Below, one piece after another: positions 36,661-48,600 of a stretch of DNA of 64,000 bases (position 1 is the first letter of the stretch; each line of letters begins with the position of its first letter). The notes under the pieces were generated by a model. That model saw only the letters and a program-made list of their open reading frames with translations, ran no database searches and was not told where the DNA came from. Source of the DNA: Phoronis australis. Taxonomy: Eukaryota; Animalia; Phoronida. Both the position numbers and the translations under genes were made by a program. The stretch is from NCBI GenBank assembly GCA_002633005.1, contig NMRA01000170.1:406129-470128 (forward strand). The letters are read 5' to 3'.

Positions 36661-39600
36661 GTAAGTTTTTTAATTGCAAACATGAAACTGTATATTTTGC
36701 TTCAGTTAACTTGTGTTACTTAATTTTTGATCATTCAATCAATGAAACCTTATTGTAATCAAGACCAGGGACCTTAAGCACAAATTATTTACACAACATC
36801 AATGCTTTAGGGGTTCACCATACTTGACAAAACACCATACCTTTTTGGACTTCTTTACTTATTGTTGGAACAGAGACTTGTTCCAACACTTAACTCTCTC
36901 TGGTGGTAAGTCTCCGTTTAGACGTTCAAACACATAAACATAAAATATTCATCTTGTTCATCTCCAGCCCTAAAATCAAAAGTTGAATTTGGCTTGTTAC
37001 CTCCAGGAGATCAGTATCATAATATTCCGCACTATGATAGGATTCTATTGCTGTGACAAACAAGAACACCAAAACTCAGCAACTTAAGAAAACATTTCAC
37101 AGTTGATTACCGTTGGGCAAACGTAAAGTTACGAATTCAAAAATGGCACACACGCATTGCATGTACACTTGAGTTGGTAAGAGAAATAGCATCCTATATC
37201 TCCTTCAGAAATATGCAGCTGATTTTATAAGAGAATACGACCTGTTAATAATTTGATTATTTTTGTGTTTAGCTAGTTAAACTGGGTAAAATGCAACTTT
37301 AAGCTACAACATTTTTGTGAAACTGTCTCCAGAAGTTTGCATAGGCTTTGGGGTACTTATTTTTGACGGGGGTGTCAGCTGGAATAGCAGCTTACCATCT
37401 TGTCACAAACTGTAAGACGAAAAATTTGGTTTCCTTTACCGGCTCATCTTGTTATCCAACGAGATTGAGTTTTGATCGAGCCGGAAACATTTTGTACGCC
37501 AATAAAGAGATCTACATCAAATGTTTGCAATTCCTCTCTATACAGACAAATTATATGGGATTGCCTTTCAAATTTGTCGCTGGGGTTGAAAGTGAAGTAT
37601 GTACAGGATTGCACTGCTGTGCGTGAACTTGGAATTGAATATTCTTTAAGGCAAAAAGGTGAAATTTTTGTTCGGTGAAAAGAATTTTTGTAATTATTTG
37701 CCTCTAATTTGTGTCACTGAACCGGAGGAATATGTGAATGACTAAATCGATTGTTGTTTGGTGAAACTGGTCGCCCGTAGTTGAAAAGGTTGGTTAAATG
37801 ATTGACATTACTTTATTCAAGTGTAACTTGATTTAGTGCAGTGCAAATTTTTATGGCCGTGAATGTGATTACGTTGTCAAGTTGCCTCGCGTATTCCAAG
37901 TTCACGCAACACTCACTACCACTTAATCTTGAGATTAAGCAGGATTCCCAGTTCACCTACAGCAGCACTACATCCAAAATGTGAATATGTAATCAGTTTA
38001 TTCTCTGATCGCTCATGGTTAATGTTGACACAAGTGCTGCTGTTATTTAGTGTTTTTTGATAATTTCTCTAAATGTGCGTAATGTATTTTTGGTAAATTG
38101 CACCACGTACAGGGTTCTTGAGCTCATGAGGTGGTTTTCTGGACAATTCCTACTGTGTGCTGAGGTGGCAGTCTTGTGCTGTCTGTGAGGTGTAAGTATC
38201 AGGTTACATTGCCAACTCAGCAGTGCCACAGATATGTTCCACACAGACAACCTGGTTTCACATGTGTTTCTTCTATTTCTGAAACACTTTGTTTTGGTCT
38301 CCGTGATTTTTAGCATGTATTAGAAATCCAGAGTGTGTGTGTCACTTTGGGGCATTCACCATGGGTTCTACTTTTATGAAATGACCTTTATTGTAGCAGT
38401 GGTTTTGGTAATTCTGGTATTTCCTCCATTTATGTAGGAGTATCGATAGCATAGGGTATTTCCTTTTCTGTGCAGTGTAAAAGCATGGATTGATTAGGTG
38501 TTAGTTTGATGTTGTTGGTGGCATTACAGCTATTACGTACAAACTAATTTGATGTGTTAATAGTTCAAACGATGTTCATATGATACATACGTTTATTATC
38601 AGATGACTTAGCAAGACCTAACTCAAGTGACATCTATTGTAGGCCACTTGCTTTAGGTCATCATGAATTTATGTTAGCCTTAATACGGTAATTAAAACTT
38701 TTAAGCACTTGTTAGGCACCCACATCAGAAAGGTAACTCTTACATTTGGTGTTCTTTATGCATTTGGTCCCAGCTTGAGGTGGCTGATTTCACGACAGGG
38801 AAGTTGGCTTGTTCACAAGTTATTTTATGTGCTGAGTATGCTCTCATCTAGTACCGAAAAAGAGAGGATTTCTCAGAGACCTGGTTTAATAGGGCGAAGT
38901 GTCAACAGTAATCATAAGTTATAAATTTCTTAGATGGAAAATAGGATTATAGTGAGCAGTTTTAATTCCTACGGCATATCATTTTGATATTCCTGTTCAT
39001 TTGACCCAAACCATAGGTTGGCAAGTGCAAAAATTAAAAACATGATCAGAGTTCTGTTTTTAGGGGCTTGAAGTTGTGGTTGGTCCCAAAAATGTAATAT
39101 CCATCCTAGAACTGCCTGTTGCTTCCCCTCATGGTACCTGGGTAAGAACTACCTATATTGCAAATTGTGATCATGATCTCATGATTCTTGGGATGTTGCG
39201 TTATTCTTGAAGAGTTTAGAGATGTTAACTGCTCAGTGTTGTAAGTAAATGGAGCACACAGTCCATGATCTTATTTTGGTTGTGTTGAAGACAGACCTCA
39301 TTGTATTCCGAGGATATGTTCCCTCCACCCAGTTTCACTAACATAGGTGTGCCCTACTAAAAAGTCTTGATTGTGTTCAAAGACTGAGTCAAGCTATTAC
39401 ATAATCATATTTACAATGCACAGCTTGGCAGACCTGAGGGTTGGGGTTACATAATAAATCTGCTTTCATGCCTTTCTTGGTGATCCCTATCAAGTGTAGA
39501 TAGGGAAACAGTGTCCCAGGTATTGTTAGTGGGTGTGTTGAAAAATGGTCCCAAATCAGCTGAAGAATTAGAAGAGACAAAACATTACTACGCAATACTT

Positions 39601-42600
39601 GTTCAATTGATTCTCGTTTCAATACGTCTTAAAACTGAAGTCATGCCAATTTACTGAAGTTGATCCTGATATCTATGTATATTTACCCATGTGTGCTTGA
39701 TAAGCACTGGGACCATATAAATTTTACCAATTCCAATACCAACATTGCCCAAAAAACTGAACCATGTTGACAGTGTGTATCTACTTAACAACTGGAGAAG
39801 CCCTCTGACGGGCGTATTTTGGTATTTTAGATTGTTCTGCGGTTTAACCTGTTACACCTTGGAAACATCATATTCAGCTAATTATCTCAAAATTATTCAG
39901 CTTGCATAGTAAGGTTCATGTTAAGTCTCCACACCAAAAACTCCCAGATAGTCTACTAAGTTCAATTAAATTGAGTGGAGCAAATGTCCCAGTGAAAACA
40001 GCAGAAACTATGGTGAACATTCTCCGGTTTGGGACAGTGAATAAATTAATTATTCTTATACCAAATTTTAGAAATAGCCAATACAAACAATAGGCAATAT
40101 AAACAGTCTCAAATTCAAGAAATAAGTTCAACGACATGTGATCACTCTCCTTGATGTTACACTGGCCTGAAGTGTCACATCTGTGGCCATTTTGAACGAT
40201 TTTATCAATCCTGTTGATTCAAAGTGATGTGTCTGATATTTCAGAAATATGGTTTTGAATTCCAAAGTCAACCTAATTTCCCAATCTTCAGAATTAAGAA
40301 AATTCATTTTCGATATGAATTTGGATGAAACAAATTTTATACTGTCTACGTTGGAGAATTTATACCTGTCTACCACATTATTATGTGATATGTATGATGT
40401 TTGTAGTTGTTGTTGATATCACTTGGGCATTTGTGGTAGTAGTGTTTACTTATTATGTAGATATATTTGTTTTAAAAGAATGCGTAGAAAGAAATAAGCT
40501 CCCATATATTGAGATTCGATTAAGGTGAAGATTTCGTACTCCCGCAGTTAAAACATCACCGATTTAGGACACATTTTATTCGCTCATGTTTAAAAAAGCG
40601 TGCTACACCAAATTCATGAATGCATTTTACCTTGTTCAAATCCTGTGCCATGGCTGCAATTGGACAATATTTTGAAAAATTGTGAGCACTCGCTACAATG
40701 ATAGATGACTTTGAAAGATGAGTAAGGTACGTAATTTTGACTTGGATGTTTATCTGAAATTGGTGAGATTTTACCTAGGACCAATATGTACATATTACTC
40801 CCAGGATTTTACTGTATCTTAGTTTATAGTTGAATTTGGCTTATACTTGTATATCCAGACACGGATTCCAACCGTTACTACTAACTTCAATATCCCTGCC
40901 ACCTGTTAGACTGTAAAAAACAGTTTATCACTTTTCCAAGTGGCCGATTAACCGCTGGCTTTCTCATGCCATACAAGTTTTCTGCTTACATACGAGATCA
41001 TTAAGTCTGTTAAAATGCTTGATTTGTGTTGAGGGTCACCTTTAGGAGTTACACATTTTGGAAAATTGCAGTCCAGATAAATGGCTCTTGTTGACGCAAA
41101 TAATATGAATCCTGTTCTTGAAAAAATCTGACACATATCGGAACAGCAAGAAGAAAAAAATTGATGATAACTAATTTAAACAGTCGTTTTTCCAATTTTC
41201 AGAAGCTTAACGTTTTGCAGAAAAAATTCCAGTTGCTGATGACAGCAGTGGAACATAATCATGATAGCAGTGAAAAAACGTCATGTTTATTTTTGAAAAT
41301 TACCATACATGGGAATTCTTTGTTTTGATTTGGCTACTACAAGGAATGAGGAGGTAATACACATTAGTTTGTGGTAAACAAGAAAAAGGGAGGTTAATTT
41401 TCTATCACACCTCATGGTTCCAATTAAGTTACTGTAAGAATAGTGAATTGTTCATACTAGATCTCAGAGCTTTTTTGGGCATGAAAAGGTAACCAATAGT
41501 TTTGGTGCCACAGTGCTCTATGGATATCCTGATGCTTGGAAATGGCCGTCTGGCAGGCTCGCTTATGTGGGTGTGGTCAGGGGAGCCAAGAAAATGACAC
41601 TCAAAAATTGAGCTAGATCAACTTTTCTGGTAACCACTACAAACTGCCTTGGATATCTACTCCGTAATCCACTGTATCAAAATTGATCGCTGCCAGACAA
41701 TTTCAGTGGTGGGGAATATCAGCCAGACGGTTATAAACAAGGTAAAAAATTGAGCCAGATCAATCCAAGAGGTAACCTCTTGAAACCAGTTCCAAAATAT
41801 TCACCGTGAATCCAGGTATCACGAATGAACACTGCCAGACAAATCTAGTGGTGGGTTAGCCCCGCCAGACACGCCCAAATACCCGAGTTGAGCTAGATCA
41901 ACCCACCAGGTAACCATTTGAAACCAACTGCACGATGTTCAGCATCACTATACATGGCACAACTGTTAGATGCCAGACAATTTCAGTGGTGGAGTGCCCC
42001 TGCTAGAGGATTTTCAAAAAGGTTTACCCAAGAGGTATCCGCTTAAAACCAGTTCCAAATTATTCACCGTAAGCTCAGGTATCATAAATAAACACTGCCA
42101 GACTGTGGGTTAGCCCGCCAGACACGCCCAAATACCTGAATTGAGCTAGATCAACCCACGAGGAAACCAACTGCACGATGCTCAGCATCACTGCACATCG
42201 CACAACAGTAAGGTGCCAGACAATTTCAGCGGCGGGTTGTCCCTGCCAGACGACTAAAGAAGGGCTAAAATTTGAGGTAAATCAACCCAAGAGGTAATCG
42301 CATGAAACCAGTTGCAAAATATTCCACGTAAGCTCTTGTATCATGAATAAACACTGCGAGACAAGTCTAGTTGTGGATAAGCCCCGCCATGTGACAGGAT
42401 CAAATATCTAAGTTTGACCAGATTTACCTGCAAGGTAACCGTTTGAAACCATTTGCATAATGTTGAGCAACATTCTACATGTAACAAAAGATACTTTACA
42501 GACATTTTTAGTGGTGGAGCAGTAGCATGCAGAGGTTTGGTCGATGTAGGGGCGACTTTTTTTAGATGCCCCTATCTCTCTACTCAAGTGCACATATCCT

Positions 42601-45600
42601 ATTCAGGCCCGTAGCCAGCATTGAGCGGGGAATGGTTCGAATTTCAAGAATGGTGGACCTTTTAATATTTTGCAAATGTCGACACTGTAGAAATTTCAGT
42701 AAGGCCTTTGACTCAGCTTAATTAGGGGGAAGAGAACATTGTCGCATTATCTCCTGACAAAGTTTCAAATCAGCCATGCTTAAATGAGTGATTACACCTC
42801 ATTGCATACTCAAGCGGAAATATGAAGTTTAGTCGGCAAATGACTTAACAAAATTGTTTATCTGGTTGTATTTTAGCGTGCTATTTAAGTTGCTTACATC
42901 GCTAGAAATGGGAACATTCCTCTATTTTGAAGGTTTACTACTCGGAAGCTTCACTATTCCGAAGGTTCACTACTTAGACAATTCACCACTCCGAAGATTC
43001 ACCGCTCCAAAAATATCCAAACATTCAAACTCAGATGTGATTTTTAAACTTTTACATGCAAAAATAAACGATATTTCGGTAAGTAGATGCATCTACACCG
43101 AAAACAACACCCGGGCATTAAAACACCTTGGGTTTTATGTAGACAGTGACCACCGTCTCCAGCTGGCCAGCACAACTAGAAACGGTAGTCAGATTTCATG
43201 TGCATGCGAAATTGCCCACATGTCTTAAAATGAGTATGTACTTGCATTTTAAAATGATATGAAATACGAATACTGATGAATTATTAACCATTACACAATT
43301 CATCAAATCCATGTCAAGATGGAATCGCAGCGCGACGCACATGGCCAGGTCGAAACTAAACGAAGTTAGTAGGCCACCCTATCCCTGCCACTTCTCACGA
43401 AATCAGGGAGTGCCATTTAGTCTTCTTAAATTTGAAAACAGCGTTGGTCGCCGACTTCATTGTTCTTGACGCATCTCTGGAGTTCTCTGTGGGCTCGGTT
43501 TATGATAAAGATGGAGAATGCCCAAAACTGATCAGTTTTGCCAAATTTGCCATTAATCACTGTGTGAAATGATGGTAGTTGGCGCGCATACATAACGGAG
43601 ATGACAGCAAAAGACGTCATCTGATATCGATTGTTATTCATTTTAACAGTTGCATTAAATGACTCGTCCGAAAACAGAGGGACGCAGCTTAGACTGGTAA
43701 AACAGGACAACGATAAATCGAAATTCGTGCAAACACAATATGCTATCCGTCTTGGAAAGGTTTTTATGTTTTGTTTTTAGTAGTGAATCATGTGGAGTAT
43801 TCTGCTGTTTTCTCGTGGAGGTCGTGAGGTCGTTACAACATCAGGTGCGATGTTTCTGGTTTTCATGCCCTGAGGTAAACTTACAGACAAAAATCATTCA
43901 CCTTGTGTGGTAACCTATGTCATGTGGTCTAAGTGGCTTTATTAAAAATCAAATTGCCTGGTTCCTCAATGTGATGCATATTCGTTGTGAATGGGACTCT
44001 TTATTTGTCTGATTGGGGCATCTTACTGCGGTGCCACGTGCAGTGATGCTGAACATCAGATGATTGGTTTCAAACGGTTACCTGGTGCCGGTGGGTTGAT
44101 TTAACTCAACTCAGGTACTTGGACGTGTCTGGCGGGGATAACCCACCACTAGATTTGTCTGGCAGTATTTATTCTTGATACCTGGGTTTACGGCGTATAT
44201 TTTTCAACTGGTTTCATGCGGTTACCTCTTGGGTTGATCTAGCTCAACATAGGTGTGTGGGCGTGTCTGACAGGGATAACCCACCACTACATTTGTCTGG
44301 CAGTATTTATTCTTGATACCTGGGATTACGGCGTATATTTTTCAACTGGTTTCATGCGGTTACCTCTTGGGTTGATCTAGCTCAACTCGGGTATTTGGGC
44401 GTGTCTGGCGGGGCTAACCCATGACTAAATTTGTTTGGCAGTGTTCATTCGTGACACTTGTGCTCACGGTGAATATTTTGCAACTGGTTTCACGCGGTTA
44501 CCTCTTGGATTGATCTAGCTCAATTTTTTACCATGTTTATAACCGTCTCGCTAATACTCCCCACCACTGAAATTGTCTGGCAGTGATCAATTTTGATACA
44601 GTAGATTACGTGGTAGGTATCCAAGGCAGTTTGAAGTGGTTACCAGAAAAATTGATCTAGCTCAATTTTTGAGTGCCATTCTCTTGGCTCCCCTGATCAC
44701 ACCCACCAGAGCGAACCTACCAGACAGCCATTTCCAAGCATCAGGATACCCATAGAGCACTGTGGTACCAAAGAAAATAGGTTACCTTTTCATGCCCAAA
44801 AAAGCTCTGGGATCCCAGTCTATACAGGACTACGTTTTGTTGCCTGGCAATGTTTTTATTTGTCGTCAGTTGATATGTCATGTGGTTTATTAAATCTGTC
44901 TCAAAAGCAAATGAATGAGATTTTACCTCATTGCCATTTGCTTGTACTGAAGCTGAAAAGGCATGTTATTTGATGAAAGAGGATATTTTGGGATGCTGGT
45001 ATAATTTGTAACTTCTCAGCATTGCTGTCATATTAATGATTACATGTTCAATTTGACTGCATTTTTGCAACATTGGCACAGTTTTATTGTGATGGTCATA
45101 TATTCCACTGTACATGAACTTTTTCCCGTTAGTAACAAATTTTTTCTCAGACTACCATTTTGATATCAATTAGTAAAATATATATTCAAGTCATATTTTA
45201 CATATAAAGAATAAAATGCCTATTTCAAAATAGATCATGTCTTTATTTTGGCAGATGGCCCCTACATTTTTCTTGAAGGTCATACATTTTTTCTTGAAGG
45301 TCAAATACACTCTCCAATCCTGTGGGAACCTTGGGTACTGTATTTTCTTTTGAAGATAGTATTCATTCAAGTGCAACAGTTTGGGTGTATAAAATAAAGT
45401 TTTCAGTGAACTAAATGATTTCAGACAGAATAAAACAATGCACTTGACATTTTAGTGGCAAAATGTCATTATTTAAATTGCCTAGCTGATCAGCACACAA
45501 CCTCTACCAACTCATTTCAGTATAGCGGAGGACTTCCACAATCACAGCCAGAGTGCACTTGCTGACCTGGACCATCACCTTGGCAACCCAGTAAATTCCT

Positions 45601-48600
45601 ACCTCCTTATCAAAAGATTTACGCGGGACTGGGCTCAAGTAGAAAGTCTCATTCGCGATGGTCCAGTTGTTGGTAATGTATAGTATTCTTTTACTATCAT
45701 ATCAATACTTTTAGTATCGTACTCTTTCACTTTCGCATTACAAGAGGTTTCAGGAACTTAAATATCCAAAACATCCGAGATTTGAGTCCCACTTGTTCAT
45801 ATTCTTTATTGACACAAAACTGCACTACGTCATCATGATGTGCTGAAATTGACGATGCTCACACCTACTCTTAGCCAGTCACCTAGCTGTAGACTAACTT
45901 CAAAATATACCTAAGGAACGATGCCTGTCAATTTTAAGTTTGTTTCAGATTTCATTCTGCCTCCCACATTGTTCCAATGTGTGTGTGTGTGTGCGTGCGT
46001 GCGTGTTAGTCGTACAGTTTGGCTTCAAGACTAACCTGTTCCGAGTCATATCTTGGTACGCCGTAGGCGAATACGTAGTTGTCTCTTCAGTTCAGTAATT
46101 GAGATGTAGCCCAAGGTTGTGTTCCATAGGCCCACTGAATATGTTTGCAGCACTTGTGATAAAAGTTCTTGATTTATACCACAGCAATAGTGAGTTCTGT
46201 CTCATAATTTATGAATTCTTTCATTTCCCATAATTCAACATTCCAGCTTGACCAGCCAATCATTTCATCGGCCACCATTTGGTTAGGATAGGCCAGGAAG
46301 CATGCTACTGAAACACACTTGATATTGAGGTCTTGAGACAGCTTGTTTTTTTCAATACATACTTGGTCTAAAAATGCTAACCAGGTCTCTCCCGTATGAA
46401 CCCTTCGGTACCCTTTAACTCTGTTACTACTTAGTCCAAAAATGCACCTTATCTTTCCTAATTAACCCAAAAACACTCATCTCATTTGTATTCATTATTC
46501 AGTACTATGCACAGCTTAGTATCATAATTATTTATTATGAACATTGTGTATTCACCAAATTTTGTTACATCTTTGTATGCGTACAGATTGATCTGAAATC
46601 TGCATGTAGAATTTCATAAATTGCAGAAATACAGTGGCTCACAATGTTTAATGAGCTCATTCATGATAATTTTTGAACAAATGAAAATGTTTGAATATTG
46701 AACTGTATCGGCCATCTCCAGATCTGTTGACCACCATCGACCAGAGGCGTAAGAACTTCCCCACTGAAGATGACTTAAAGGGTGCTGCCGCTGCCCTACT
46801 ACGGCTCCAAGATACGTACCAATTACCAGCAGAGAAGATTGCCAATGGTGACCTACAGGGGGTCCAGATACACACGAAGCTATCTGGTATGTGTACTTGT
46901 GGTCTCTTGAAAATGACATGTATGTAATAAGCAACGCTTTCGCCGAAGCATTCTTTAGTTGATTGCACTTGTTTTATTCTACCATGCTCAATGTTTGATT
47001 GTTAATTAAAGTTTTAGCACTAATGGAAATGTTATTGTCTGTTTTAAATAGATTTTGCTGCTGGCCAGTATTTACAATTTACGTCATCTTAGTATTGCCC
47101 GAAATCCAGAGTGCCATGCTACGTAGCAACTCTGTAATATGTGCCACAACAGCGCCATCTTTTGAAACGGTTAACTGTATCTCAAGAGACATGTTGCCTG
47201 AGGCCCACTGCCATAAACCTGTAGCCAAAAGTGGGCCTTCCATCAAAAAATGTAAGACCACTTACTGCTTTGAAATTTGCCTCATTTCTTTCCTTGCTAA
47301 AAGTGCAACTGTACTGTTTTCTGGGCTTTTGATAACACTTGCTGTATAAGTTGGCTTATCATGGCATGTGCCGAGCATGGTCTCAACCAAACTTAATAAT
47401 TTCAGATTTGTTTTTACGGCTTGTAAAATAATGACTTGTTAAGGACTAGGTTTTATTTTACTTGAACTTTCCGTATTTTTTTCCTGCATTTAATGATCAT
47501 ATATATTTAATGTCGCAATGCATGTGGAGTGCATGCAGTCATTAACAATAGATTAAATGTCTAACACTTGTGCATGACCAAGTGTACTTTTGGTTTTGCA
47601 CTGTTCAGTAGATACAGAGTGTGAGAGTAGTTGGGTCGCCCTTAATGTTGAGAACGACTGACGAACTACAAAGTATGTCTTTGGATTAATAAAGATTACA
47701 GCGTTTTTATTAAGGAACATGACTATTGTAATGTCGCTTGATTAAATGTAACCACCTGTTCAGTACACTGTTGTCAGCTTAAATTATAAACAGGGCGAGT
47801 GCGATGGGAGGGGCTCATTTCTGTGAGCACGCGTGTTATGTGAACCCTGGGTAACTGCATACCCTGGAAGATTTGTAGTCTAAGGGTTTGGTGAGCTTTC
47901 AAATTAGAATCAACATTACTGGATATATCTACAAGAGATAACTCCTGCAGGTCTACTGAGGTTCACCCTGATGCGGAATTTTTCGAGATTGTTTTGAATG
48001 TATGGCTCATGTATGGAAAACGTGTTCAAGATGTAATTATTTTCACAATTTTTGTTGCTTAAAATGAGTCTTGAAATATGTGAAGTTGGTTTCTTGCCAA
48101 CAGAGGCATTGTTCAAGGTCTCTTACAGCAACTTTGTTATCATCAGAGTGAATCTTCACTTATGCAACATGTTTTAAAGTTCACGGCTAAATGAGCCGCT
48201 GCAGTCAGAAATACATGTTTCCAAAATAACCCCCCTCTTTTTATGTGGAAACAACTTTCTAAAAGTGGTTTGTGTTTTCCCAGCAATAGTCATGAGTGAT
48301 GCGCAATATATTTCACGTGTCTAACCGATCTGTGAACCAGTGATTTATACCCCAAAATTAAGCTGACTGTTGAAACACCATTACTCTTGTCGTGATTTCT
48401 TTTCAAACTCTGCTTTAAGGCTTTTATACCAAAATGGCGGAATGGCATACTTGGTTCTAGTGTGTACCTCACTCATTTTGGGACCTGCCCCTAACTGTTT
48501 AAATAATAAATAAGCATCTGCTTACATCACTTTTTTCAAAGTTACACATGGCTTGACAACTTAACGATAACCCAACCTCCGTGGTCAACTGCTCCCCACC

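Noticed and set aside
41600-42520. Regularly spaced repeats suggestive of a CRISPR-like array
   Set aside because: The sequences between the conserved cores are themselves homologous; these are tandem subrepeats of a foldback element in a eukaryotic intron.
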